A stretch of 64,000 bases of DNA from Bugula neritina (lineage: Eukaryota; Animalia; Bryozoa): positions 3,329,929 to 3,393,928 of the forward strand of contig OZ037769.1 of the NCBI GenBank assembly GCA_964035545.1. The letters run 5' to 3'. Positions 41,901 through 54,747 of the stretch are shown here, one piece after another; positions within the stretch are counted from its first letter, which is position 1, and the number at the start of each line of letters is the position of its first letter. The notes beneath the pieces were generated by a model. It saw only the letters and a program-made list of their open reading frames with translations. It was not told where the DNA came from and searched no databases. The position numbers and the translations under genes are program-made.

Positions 41901-44900
41901 CGAGGTAATTTAGTAAAAAAAAAGCTTAATTAATAAATACAATGAATAATAGAGAATCATAGAAAATAAATTTAGCATTATGGGTTGGCAGGCATAAAAT
42001 TTACCTTCAGAGTTTTCTAAAAAGAAACAACAAATAGATTAATTTGCATTACTAAGCAAGTGTTATAACAAAAATTGAAATTAACCAAAGAGAGAGTAAG
42101 TAAAAACATAAATTAAGACATTCAATAAAAAAAGCAGAGACAAGCCAAGTCGGCCAATGAAAAAGTAAAGCAAGCTATGTCAACCAATGAGAGCACAAAA
42201 CAAACTATGTCAACCAATGAGAGCACAAAATAAACTATGTCAACCAATGAGAGCGTAAGAGACTAACTATGTCAACCAATGAGATCACAAAAGACATAAA
42301 CTAACCAGAAGGAGCAGATGGCACACGAAGACCCTTCTCATGGTCAGGGATGTGTGGTATGGGTGTAGAGGCCAAATCGTCTGCGTTGTTAGACTGAGAG
42401 TCAGGGGGCAACGACTTGGCTGTGTGCGTACCTTGTCGGGATCGGTCAGGTGTCATTACCATGTTCTTGAACTGGGGAGGTGAGATTCCTAAGGCTACAC
42501 GATAACTGTCAAGCCAGTCTTCAATAATATTTCTAAAGCAGAAGATAGGCTTGCAGTACATGTGCTGGCATTCTCGGATTGGCTAAGTAACAAAAGGAAA
42601 TAGATTTCACTACTCGCAGAGATATACTGTGGTGAAATTACAACCTATGAGTTTCAAGTGTAATGTTATGCTATCCTAGAACCTTAGGCACTTGTATAAA
42701 GTTCAATTCTTTCTATAAACTTATAATATAAAACTTATACATGTATTTCATCCAATCAGAACTCATAACGTCCTATTGGTAAAGCTATGCTGATGTTTGT
42801 ATGTATATACAACACATACTGCACAGTTTGAAGAAAAAAGATTCAAGTTGTAAAACTTTGAATAGTGTATAATTTTTACTGCTTTTAATTAAAGTATAAC
42901 AAGATTGTCTACTCGATTAACCAGAACACAACAATCACCAAAATAAAAGCAAGTGATTGGATATATAAGTTATTGCATATTAGCATACTAACTACATATT
43001 TGCAGTCATCATCTTACAGTTCAATGAGGGGGACGAATCTTTATAGTATTTTATGTATAATCGGTGATTGTCTCACCTTGCCTTGTTCTTGAGTCTACTG
43101 AAATCTCGCTCCACTTTGTGCGTATCAAAATGAGGCAAAGTTGGGGGAGTATCGACGAACTCTACACTAGGAGTGTCTTCCTTCTTGGGAGTCTTTACTG
43201 AACGATTTCTACAATATTCCCACGTCTGCATGTACACGTCTGCATGTATACGTCTGCATGTCCACGCCTGCATGTACATGTCTGTATGTATACGTCTGCA
43301 TGTACACGTCTGCATGTACACGTCTGCATGTATACGTCTGCATGTACACGTCTGCATGTACACGTCTGCATGTATACGTCTGCATGTACACGTCTGCATG
43401 TACACGTCTGCATGTACACGTCTGCATGTACACGTCTGCATGTATACGTCTGCATGTACACGTCTGCATGTACACGTCTGCATGTATACGTCTGCATGTA
43501 CACGTCTGCATGTACACGTCTGCATGTATACGTCTGCATGTACACGTCTGCATGTACACGTCTGCATGTACACGTCTGCATGTACGCGTCTGCATGTACG
43601 CGTCTGCATGTACGCGTCTGCATGTACACGTCTGCATGTACACGTCTGCATGTACGCGTCTGCATGTACACGTCTGCATGTACACGTCTGCATGTATACA
43701 TCTGCATGTACATGTCTGCATGTACACGTCTGAATGTATACGTCTGCATGTACATGTCTGCATGTACACGTCTGCATGTACGCGTCTGCATGTACACGTC
43801 TGCATGTACACGTCTGCATGTACACGTCTGCATGTACACGTCTGCATGTACACATCTGTATGTACACGTCTGCATGTACATGTCTGCATGTACACGTCTG
43901 CATGTACACGTCTGAATGTATACGTCTGCATGTACATGTCTGCATGTACATGTCTGCATGTACATGTCTGCATGTACACGTCTGCATGTACACGTCTGCA
44001 TGTACACATCTGTATGTACACGTCTGCATGTACACGTCTGCATGTACACGTCTGAATGTATACGTCTGCATATATATGTCTGCATGTACATGTCTGCATG
44101 TATATGTCTGCATATATATGTCTGCATATATATGTCTGCATGTACATGTCTGCATGTATATGTCTGCATATATATGTCTGCATATATATGTCTGTATGTA
44201 TACGTCTGCATGTGGATTAACAACAGTTCAAATGCCTGAACATAGGCTATATTTTGTGAAGACTTGCTGCAATTTGGATTTGATTCTGCCATGGAAAACT
44301 AAAGAGATTTGGAACATTAAATGTCCACAGTGTTTTCATTGAAGCACCCTCTAGTGAATGAAAAATATACATTTAGCAGCTCAAACTAATTTGTATAATT
44401 TGCATCAGCAATTACTGTTGATTATAGAGACACACAGACAGACATACTAGAAACACACAGACAGACAGACTAGAGACACACAGACAGACAAACTAGAGAC
44501 ACACCGACAGACAGACTAGAGACACACAGACAGACAGACTAGAGACACACAGACAGACAGACTAGAGACACACAGACAGACAGACTAGAGACACACAGGC
44601 TAAATAGCTAGACTACACATGTACTTAGAGAGAGGACACCGCAAGGTAATATTAGACCTACTTTTTAAGGGCAGACGCAGTAGGCTGTCTGTCTGTTATT
44701 GAAGCACCTTTGGAAAATCTTTGCTTTTGAACAATTTCTTGAGCAATGGCGGAGCTGTAGATCATTTTATCTCCCATTGTTAGCTGAAGCAAAGCATAAT
44801 ATAATATAGTATAATATAGTATGATATAATAGAGTATGATATAATATAGTATGGTATAATAGAGTATGATATAATATAGTATAATAGAGTATGATATAAT

Positions 44901-47900
44901 AGAGTATAATATAATATAGTATGGTATAATAGAGTATGATATAATATAGTATGGTATAATAGAGTATGATATTATAATATAGTATGATATAATATAGTAT
45001 GATATAATAGAATAATATGATACAGTATTGTGACCCAATATAGTATACTAATACGAGGATGATAAAGCATGGCATGTATCATAATACAAAATAATATAAT
45101 AATATATCAGCATATTAAAACCCTTCTCCAACCATTACAGTTAACCAACTCTGAACGTTACCATATGCTGAGATTTCTATAACAGTTACAGCTGTATCCT
45201 GTGTTAACAGAAAATAATTTTTCCAATTTAAATCTTTACACAGCATGCATCGAAACCACTATTTATCAAAGTCCTCTGGTTATTTAGAAGTAATGTTTGA
45301 AAATTTTAGCACTGACATAAACACAACCTGCAGATGAGCTTAATAAAACAATTTGTAATATAAAAGGGCACAGAAACATACAGGAAAGGTCACACTGCCA
45401 AGATGGCAGCTTGTTTTTGCACAAACTATGTAACTTTTGGTGACAATCAAATACTCACCGAATCTTCATACGGGGGTACATCTTGTGACTCCACACTTTC
45501 CGAAAGACCTAAAGCTAACTTAACAGAATGGCTAGCGGATTGGAAGGTCAAGGTTATAGAGGCTCTACTAACAATCTGAAACACAAATAGAAGTATTTAA
45601 ACATTCACTTGAATATATCATGTTACTAGAGTCTTAGCACATGTATTTCTATCCTAATTATTAGGTATAACAGAAGCTATATTCCTACGATTTTACTGGA
45701 TTTGCTATGACTTCAGGTGATGGTTAAATTTAATCGGTAGAAACACTCATACAAGTTGTTATTCACTGTAAGCTACATACTCACCTTTATATACATATTT
45801 CTGTTTAAAGTAACATTTATTGGAGAACTAAGTTTAGTAGCCTTAGCACCTTTGGGCCATTGCCATTCCACTTTTATGCCATCTTCTATAGTGTAGAAAC
45901 CCCCGACTTCTGTTACCAACAGTCTATAAAAACACATCATAGCCTATACTATAGAAACGATCTATACACACATGCTGCTTCAGGAGAACACAGAAAGAGA
46001 TTTGAGTGTTTTATTCAATCCAACAGGTCATCGCATAGAAAGTTTAACAATTCTAAATAATTTTTACAAATATCTGAAAAAGAGTCTCAGTAGTGGAGCT
46101 AAGCGCTCACAAACATACAAGGGGGTCCCAGTGAAAGATTTAAGAGGTCATGACTTTTCAAGGGGGTCCACAGTAGTAGAATTAAGGTTATAAACTTACA
46201 AGGGGGTCGCAATGGTGGAGTAGCAGCAGCCAACGCCAACTGGAGTAAAGCTGGCTAACATTCTATACGGAGCCTCCCTTTCATAACACAGTGTGTAGAA
46301 CCCATTTCCTGCACCGCGACTTGTAACTACAGCTAGCTCACCAGTTTCGTAACTAAGTTACAAGGTTAAGGGTATAAATGGTGTACAAGTTTATCATTAG
46401 TATTTATAGTGAGCAGGTTTTACACATGGCACAGCCACTACTCAGTCATACGAATGTGGATATGAGTTACTTTAATAATCAACATTATAATGCACTGATT
46501 CAGGTACAGTTATTTGTTAAAAATGATGTCCGGTAAAACTGGCACAGGTAAGAATGGTACAAATTGAAAAGTAGGTAAAAATATCACATTGTTGATATTG
46601 GGGTTTGGGGTGGGGGTTTGGGATTTGAGTTTGAGGTGGGAGTTGGGTTTGAGCAAATTTAACATCCGTATGCCATTTTTACCCACTTTCCACTTGTGCT
46701 ATTACTACCTGTGTCACTTTTACCTAAAATCGCTAAAAACATTTTAAGATAACTATTTCTTAATTCGTGAATGAAATCCTAATGCCAGTAATAGTGCAAG
46801 GAAAAATACAACCTATAAATATAATAAAAAGATATATAAATTAATACAGTATGTCGCATAACAAAGGATACTAGAATGTCTTTGAGCCATCTATAATTTG
46901 AGTGTAGAGTATTTGGCCTTTGTTAGGTTTCATTTTAAGGGTGGGTATCTTAGGTTTCCCTCTTTTCATGACGGTATTATAAACACCTAGTCTATCTCCG
47001 ACACCACCCGCACTTTTCTGTTTCTCATTCAGAGAGTCAGTGTAGTATTTAGTAACAGGAAGTTCCGTATTTCTAGACTTGTTTACTTCTCGTTCTAATT
47101 TACTGCAAGACAAACACTAAACATTAAGAAAATCAGAAAACATTAATAATATTCATTTGATAACTTTCACAAGTGTCTATAAATGTAAATTTTCATTGCA
47201 TGGTCTTCTCTATCACATAGACTAAGAGTTATGGTAACTTGGTGATTCTAATCACAATTATTGCACTTCCAAATCAATAGACAAGCTGGCCATGCTTTAT
47301 GGTGCGAGTTGAAATTCTCACAAGAACATAACTTTCTCGGCCACAATTTTAATCTAGAACAGAGGCTTTAGGTAAAGTAGTGGAGAAACTTTAATAGCCT
47401 AAGTTCTTTAATTTTCTTTATATATTTTGGTTTGGGGTGTGGGTTGAAAGTCCCCCCAGTGCATAAAAATCATTTTGCTAAAATTTCCATCTAGAACACA
47501 GGCTTTCCTCAATTTCTCCATTACTGCACCTACCTTTGCTAACGCCAGTTAAACTCAATAACTTAATAAGCTCCTGCAGTAGGAAGTGGCACAGAGATTT
47601 ACAAACAAATGAAATCAGTTAAACACATATAAGTGTATTTGTATATTGTAATCTCCTAGCAACTAAATCTATAGTAGTGATGTAATATATGCAAACTACA
47701 AACACTAATAACAGATTACTAATTAAATCAAATATTTAAAGACAGTAGAAAGTATTAAACATATTGTACAAACACAGATTAATAGTGTGCTACTCTAATA
47801 GACTAGTTAGAAAGTTTCCAAGATAAATACAACACATTTTACAAACACATTAGGAATGAAATTGATACAGTGTTATCTATCCATTAATGTTTATACAGTA

Positions 47901-50900
47901 TACAGAGAGTTTAGAAATAGTGTATAAAGAGTGTAGAAATGGTAACAGATATAATACTCTCTTGATGAGTTCTTAAAAGTGTAAAACCTGTAGCAACTTG
48001 AAGGTAGGTGCAGCAATAGAGAAATTAATGAAAAATGTAGCAAAATAAGTTACTTTTTTGTGAGATTTCACGATAAAGACTATTTAAGAGCTTAGGCTGT
48101 TGAAAAACTTCCATTGCTGCAACTAAATGCTTGAAACTTTACTTTTGTTGTAAACAGAAATACAGTTCCAATTTGTATTATTTAATATGATAAACTACCA
48201 TTCTATTAGACTTAGATCCTTACATGACAGAAGTAGTTTGGTTGAGACGTCTAACTACCCACTCCAAAGGGTGTTCATTGTTTTCACTTCTGTCTATACC
48301 AAAGACATGGCAACCCTTGTCTTCCCACTGGTGATAGTGAGATAGATTGAAGGCCAGAACTGTCATACTGTATGGTTGCGGGTGGGTGCTTGGTAGACCC
48401 GCTACAAACAAGGCTACATTCAGGACAAAGAGAACATTTTGACCAAAACGAGGTTCAGAACCTCGCAACACAATGCCTGGCAATGTACAAGTTGCTGAGC
48501 AATATGTAGTAGAAACTGATTCATTTGTTAGTTGCGGCATTTTTAGTTTAGTAGTAATTTCAACATAAGATAAAGCATAAAAAGTGTCTGTGTTTGAAAT
48601 AAAACAAATAGACTTGTAATTTAAACACATTCAACCCTACATATAAACATATTTGTGTGTACAGAGAAACATGAGTTGTCCCCACATACATTTGACAGAA
48701 TGACTAGCCTCTGACAGCATCTCCATGTCTCCGCCCCCTTTTTGTGCACCGAGTCTCATATTATCTTGCTTAGCTGCTGCCGCTGACTTTCGCAAACTAC
48801 TTCCTGCCATGGACCTCCTTCCGGTAGTCAGCCCTACAACATTTATTACATCATTTCCTTTAGTGAGTGACATCACTTCCTGCAACCAGTGACATCACTT
48901 CCTGCAGTCTGTGACATCACAACAGTAATCAGTGACATCACAGCTCTAGTCTGTGACATCACAATAGTAATCAGTGACATCACAACTCTAGTCTGTGACA
49001 TCACAACAGTAATCAGTAGCGTCACAACTCTAGTCTGTGACATCACAACAGTAATCAGTGGCGTCACAACTCTAGTCTGTGACATCACAACAGTAACCAG
49101 TAGCGTCACAACTCTAGTCTGTGACATCACAACAGTAATCAGTAGCGTCACAACTCTAGTCTGTGACATCACTAACTGTAAGAGGAACTCGAGGCAGCAC
49201 CAAAGGGCAGACAAACACAATTTAGCTGCTGACCAGTCCGTCATGCACTCAATCTCAACAACTTGTTCTGAGTTATAACAACTTTTATTTAAAAACTAAA
49301 TTATAAAACAACTGTTTATCTCATATAAAATCAGGGAATCTCTAATACTCTATGTCACCGTTACATATATATTTCAAGTTTAAACAAATTGTTAACTCAA
49401 GATTCCAAACGTGGAAAACATGCATTGCTAATTCACGCAATTTATACAAGAAACAAGAGTGTGTAAAGAATAAATAGCATAACTTGGGTCATTAATTTAC
49501 TTTGTGATTTGAAACAATTTAATAACTGCACTGATATAATGAATCAAAGGGGACATCAAAGGGATAACATGGCATTCATAAAACATGTAGCTGTGTTTAT
49601 TCAGGTGGATAACTAAATAACAGTTGTTGTTTTATAAGGTCAGCTATTGTTAGGTTTGAGTTATGAGTACAAATTACGTTCCAGCAGTATTATGTAATTT
49701 ATTAATTTAATTGTTTTTGCTACATCAGTTTAATTTTTTGATTACCACGTCCTATGTTCGATCTTAGTTCAGTAAACTGATTTGAACAGAATTAGTTTAT
49801 AAAAAAAGTTCAATAAATCAAGTTTTTTCAGAAAGTTTATTTTGCTAACTTAGTTGCTTACTTTAGCCGACATTCACTGTAGATATCTCTACCATTGAAA
49901 AGGTTTCACTAAAGCTATAGCTTATTGATTACACAGTTACTACTAAGTTTCATATAGGAATAGACTTCTTACCAGCTCTGTTGGCACTTTCCTCTATGAT
50001 GATTGCGGGTTGACTCTGAGTCAACCGTTTCTTATGTCTTCGAGACTTGGACCTCCGCCCAGCGTGATCACCTTCTACAGAGAAAGCTAATGGCTACAGA
50101 GAGACCCCAAAGGTAGCAAATACTACCTCCAGACACACAAAACCTTAATATTCAATACGGTAAAACAACTGGCTTTGAAAATACGTATGCAATGAATGCA
50201 AAAGTACAAGGAAAATCAAATCATTTAATTAAAACTGCAATTTGAGTCTAAAAAACTTACCCAAAGAAAGAAACTAAAGTTACTAATAATACTACTTCGG
50301 TTGTATTTGCATCTCTAGCCAGCAATATAGTTGTCACATTTTTGTGTAACTGAATCGACCAATCAATGAGCCAGTTTGAAATGAACTCTGACCTGCCATT
50401 TCAAGTTTGAGACGTTCTTCCTCGCTGTCCGACAAATCAACTTTAGCTTTCTTTGATTCCTCGGCCTGAGCCGCTGCCAACTCCTTCTCTTTCTGCTCGG
50501 CATCATGCTTAGCTTGATTCTCTAACAGCTGCCACTCCCTTTTCACATACCTGGTGTGTGTGTATATATATAATACTCATAATCTATTTAAACTATATTA
50601 ATACAATATAATACAGTAAAACATTATATATTATAATACAATATATAGCATCATGCAATATAATGTAGTATAACATAATATAAAACAATACAATATAACA
50701 CAATATATTATATTACAATATAGCGTAATATAATACAATATAATACAATACAATACAGCTTGCTATAATATAATATAACATCATATAATACGATACAAAA
50801 TAATAATCAAATGCAAGTTAAAGGAAGAACAAATTTGATGTAAATTTAATAAAAAAAAGTCAACAGCTCTCATGATGCAGGTAGAACACCCATGTGCCAG

Positions 50901-53106
50901 TAAATTGTGCAGCCTTTAGAAGTCGTGGCAAGTTTTCTTTTTAAAAATTCAAGCTCTAGAGATATAACTCTCTCCAAAAGAGTAACACAAAAATGTTACC
51001 CTCAAAGTCAAAGGGCAAGAAAATTGCAACCGTATCGTATTTGATTTTAAGTAATGCATAGACATATAAACATATACTATATTATAGACATATGTTTAAT
51101 TTGCATCACACTATATTATAAGCATATATTTACTTTACACCGCACTATATTACAAGTAAATGCTTACTTTGCATCGTAAATCAGATCAACGTAAGTACAT
51201 TGGAGGTAGTGTTCTAAACTTCGAGGAAACGCAATCTTTCTCCGACATGTTTTCACCAATAAAAGAAGTCGAGACAACTCTTCCAGCATAAATGGTGTGA
51301 CTGTAACAATAAATTCAACTTACTTACTCAAGACACAAACAAACTTTTAAACTCAATACAACTCAGAACAATAATTATATTATCAATATTAGAAACTAGA
51401 TAACTTTGATAGCTGTGAAGAGATGACGCAGCTGTGAACAGTGTTTGTGTGAAACTATAAATTGTATAGGAAAAAATGATTATATCCCAACTTCCTGTAG
51501 GTCCGACTGACAATGTGAATGACTGAATGATGAGTGTGACTATGATCAGTGACTGTGAGTGTGACTAGTAAGGTGTGACAGCCTGAGTAATTTTAAACAG
51601 CAGGTCTGAATAAATATTTTTATGTGAAAATTAGCTGTGAAGTTGTTACCTGACTTATTCTGATGTAACGCGAGTCTGGTTGAGTCATAGTCCTGCATTA
51701 CTCCTGCCAGCAACTGGTTCTTAATGTTGGCAAACGTTGAGGAAATTTCTGGAAGTAGACTCTCCTTAACTCCCCCTGAGACATACCAGATATTCGATAC
51801 AGTTTTCTATATTGTATATGGAATTAATTCACAGAGCTGGTTCATAAAATTAATGATGTCCCAGCGTATAGAAACATAAAATTAAAAGGAAGGAGATATA
51901 GATTTGTTTTCATAAAGGGTCATTGTGCATATCATCAAACAAATATAAAATAAATAATTGATTAACTGAAATTAATTACTGAAGTAGCTGAACACTTTAG
52001 CTAACAGCTACTAAAGATACCTGCCCATCGATTTATATAGCAAAGTATATTTAGATTTAATAATACAACTATCAGCCTCATTAGAGATGCATCCTGTAGG
52101 TGAAATAACATTACGGGTTGTCATGTAAGAAATGAATATACAGGCATCCATTTAGTGAGATGGCCAAGGAAAATGTACCGAGCCAGTTTAGGGGCTAGTA
52201 GCCCTAGATATATATCTAGCATAGAAAGGGAGAGCTAAACTTTATTACATGGCACACAATTGGCTCAGACTGTTCTATTGTATTGCAACACATTATATTA
52301 GGACACAATATAATAGGGTTGCTAGAAAAACACTTCTGTTGAAAAACACTCAGGTCAAGCACAACTTTATTTACTGTTACCCAATCTATTGACAAAAGTA
52401 TGAAAGGGTTGCATGTTTCAACAGCAATAACAATAACAAAGCCGATCATTTTGATCAAATGTTGCTAACCTAAAAGCTCTATTGCAGGGCCACATATGAC
52501 CCAGCTGCATTTGGACAGACACAATCTCAAATTCACATGTAATCTACTTGCATAGGCTAACTATATTGTGTGTAACAGTAAACCACAATATGTATAATAG
52601 TTATAAACTTTTTGCTAAAGACTTCCTTGCAAGTACTCTCTGCTACTTAACCTCCCCCTTTTTAAGCAATAATGTTTGGACAAAGTGAAGCTACTAAACA
52701 TTTACACCTGTATCAGTGTGCGTGTTTCTTTGACATATGCCAACTGGTGGGCAAAGGACTTGAACAGAAGGTGTTTTACGCAAAATTATTAAAATGCAAA
52801 TTAAATCTATTTGCCAGAGCAAATGAATGAGCATCGGTTCAAGCATACACGTAGATTGATGTACACACACATAAAGCACATGGTATTAGACAATAAGTAC
52901 GAATAACAAGTAAATACACAGACTTTACTACCTTGGTTCTCTTCCTCATCTCCACTCTTACTATCTTTATAAAACGAAGCTAGTTTAGGATTGAGATGAG
53001 CGTAGCGCAGGCTCTGTGGCAACTCCTCAGCATTCTTTTTATACCTTTTCTGCGGCTGCCTGAATGGCAGCTGATCAAAGAAAAAGGAGTCTTCACTAGC
53101 CAACAT
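35930..53106 (-). CDS. FAM194-domain protein, C3orf20/ERICH6-related (probably ciliary or testis-expressed)
   Basis: 21 phase-compatible exons: 52932-53106, 51650-51775, 51168-51300, 50393-50550, 49973-50074, 48690-48833, 48224-48401, 46872-47102, 46200-46352, 45785-45923, 45459-45575, 44662-44783, 43077-43208, 42306-42532, 41576-41666, 41007-41179, 40084-40207, 39547-39748, 39014-39156, 38027-38194 and 35930-36041 (last exon least certain). Motifs: YYETGELAV..GFYT..ASFTPVGVG, WQWP..LN (FAM194-like), CPVALR, CKC...VPYITDIE, RHNAVPGMFL.F..GKLIFCDHIFNGYG...LPRDFKF (C3orf20-like). Confidence 0.78.
38308..38973. repeat. 33-bp minisatellite (ATATGACAAGATATATGGTATATTATAGTTATA)n
   Basis: About 20 copies; 11-aa periodic ORFs; fills most of an intron. 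Confidence 0.95.
39328..39450 (-). mobile_element. tRNA-derived SINE (head and core)
   Basis: The minus strand reads gagcagctgtagtctaggggttagagcg (A-box-like)...gggctcgaaccccg (B-box-like), then ggtgatgttaggaagagcatctagtcataattgctcctgtg. Homologs at 57370-57472(+), 57889-57918 and 60932-61040(-). Confidence 0.7.
40216..40505. repeat. 19-bp minisatellite (ATACACTACACTGTATGTA)n
   Basis: About 15 copies. Confidence 0.95.
42150..42292. repeat. ~30-bp tandem repeat (ACTATGTCAACCAATGAGAGCACAAAACAA) x4-5
   Basis: Repeats at about 42175, 42205, 42235 and 42267, each containing CCAAT. Confidence 0.85.
43221..44212. repeat. 14-bp satellite (CACGTCTGCATGTA)n
   Basis: About 70 copies; the source of eight spurious long ORFs. 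Confidence 0.97.
44427..44600. repeat. 23-bp repeat (GAGACACACAGACAGACAGACTA)n
   Basis: About 7 tandem copies. Confidence 0.92.
44796..45020. repeat. Pentamer-based (ATAAT/ATAGT/ATGAT) repeat
   Basis: Tandem 5-mers. Confidence 0.9.
46353..46871 (-). other. U12-type (minor spliceosome) GT-AG intron
   Basis: 5' splice site GTATCCTTT at 46871; branch site CCCTTAAC at 46372-46365, about 12 nt before the AG; no polypyrimidine tract; flanking exons join in frame (KTF-Y-YETGEL). Confidence 0.85.
46531..46730. mobile_element. MITE-like family A, copy 2 (inside the U12 intron)
   Basis: ggtaaaactggcacaggtaagaatggtac...ggggtttgggg...gccatttttaccc...ttttacctaaaatc; homologous to 20108-20297. Confidence 0.75.
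47369..47533. mobile_element. MITE family B copy, opposite orientation
   Basis: taggtaaagtagtggagaaa...tttctccattactgcaccta; internal sequence is the reverse complement of the 26127 copy. Confidence 0.78.
48004..48125. mobile_element. MITE family B, degenerate copy
   Basis: gtaggtgcagcaatagagaaatt...cttaggctg...ttccattgctgcaacta. Confidence 0.62.
48866..49172. repeat. 42-bp (2x21) minisatellite built on GTGACATCACA
   Basis: Alternating gtgacatcacaacagtaatca and gtagcgtcacaactctagtct units. Confidence 0.92.
50553..50800. repeat. (TG)n(TA)n plus degenerate AATAT/AATAC pentamer tract
   Basis: Low-complexity tandem 5-mers. Confidence 0.8.
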
Positions 53107-54429
53107 GGTGAAGTCTATAAAGCAAATATCAAAAATTTAAAAAATAATATGGTAGAATCAATAACAGTTTTCATTGTTGGCTACGATAATTTTTTTCATC
53201 TTTGAATAAACTGTGAATTTCTCATTTATAAAAACAATTTAGCAGCATAAAACTTTAAGTTACAACAGAATATCTTTTAAAAAACATTATTTTCTAGTAC
53301 AAAATTAAGAATAAAACAAATTAGTAACAACACATGTTAGCTGAGTGTTGGCAAGATTGAATTTAGAAACTTAATTTCAACTCAAGAGAAACCTGGATAG
53401 TATTAAAATGCTATGTCTAAATTTCATAGCACTTGAGGTACTGCAAACTTACTGACTAACAGCCTCATACTGTAGAGAAAATATGACTTCCATAAAACTC
53501 ACGTTGATAAAAAATTGAACAAAGTAATTTCATGTATGTCATTATATAATGAAAACTATGGCAAAAGCATCAAATAGTGATTAAACTGAAACATGGAATA
53601 GCAGGTGATTTGTTTGCGATCTTTAGTTTACTTATTTTGAAATTATTGGATAGTCAATTTGAGTTGAATTGCATAAAATTTTATAACCATTTCTTTTTAC
53701 TACACAACTTAAATTTACTTTTTCAAGAAAATGAAGAATATAATTTTAAAAAAAACAGAATTTTTTTTCAAATGCAAGTTTAAGTTTTTAATCTTCCATA
53801 ACTCTTACTCTATCATTTAGCACTTGACAAATGATAAATATTAGCGACATGTACAAAGCTATAAATAAAGTATATTGTGATTTAGTATACCAATATTATT
53901 ATCATTAATGTTTGCAACTGATAATTAATAAATAATTAAATTATAACATTACACTTACGACTTATAAACTATTATTTATAAAACTTAAAGCATAACCTAA
54001 GACCATTTCCCATGCTAAAAATAGTTAGCTTTCAGTGTTTCAGCTTCATACAACTACTTTGCTACAATGAGGTGTGCTTTTAGGTTAATTCATTGGCTTT
54101 TTAAATTCTTCCTTTTATACTTTACTATAGTATAAGTATAAGGTTGATAATACTCAGTATGAATATAAGTATTGGATTATTTTTTCATTTTATCAGCATT
54201 ACTAATTTAGAGGCGTGCTAAAAGTTAATTGCTATAACTATAACTATTAGTAAAGTTCAGCCTGAACTTAAACTTAAAGTTAAACTTGAGTTTGACTTTG
54301 ACAGTTTTACTTTTACTTTTAGTTTACCTTGGTTGATGCTATTTTTGTGGTTGAATTGACAACTGAGTACTGCAATTTTCAACTAATCATCGTTGTTAAA
54401 AATTCAGCTTCAATTTCAAGTAGCATGGA

Positions 54430-54747
54430 CTTTCTCAGGTCAGTTATTTGTTTATAGTAATTTGAATATGAAAGTTACAAAAGAAAATAGAGCCACTTAA
54501 TTACTCGTTGCCATGCTCAAGGTCTGCTTCCGTTGACGAACCTGTTTTTAACTTTGTTGGTTGAGTTTCTTCAACATTGATTGGATGATGTCTTAGCTGA
54601 AAGATTTAATAAAATGTTATTTGGAATGCTGTTAGTGCGGTTCTTTTTCTACTACCTGACTATAATATGCGACTTTATTTAGTCGTTGCAAATTATATAG
54701 AAACCGATCTTTAAGAACTGACATTCATTTGGTATCCAAGAAACAAC
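54430..54747. promoter_or_regulatory. Bidirectional promoter (FAM194-domain gene / LRGUK) with RFX X-box-like motifs
   Basis: The genes are divergent, and a putative non-coding first exon of the minus-strand gene has its donor at 54327. GTTGCCATG at 54507 and GTATCCAAGAAAC at 54732-54744. Confidence 0.5.

Noticed and set aside
43073-44342. Long CxC/His-rich ORFs resembling metal-binding proteins
   Set aside because: Stop-free 14-bp satellite; only 43077-43208 is a real exon.
54328-54426. In-frame TGA suggesting selenocysteine or readthrough in the first exon of the minus-strand gene
   Set aside because: After splicing this frame is out of phase with the main ATG at 53106, and no SECIS was identified; treated as a uORF.
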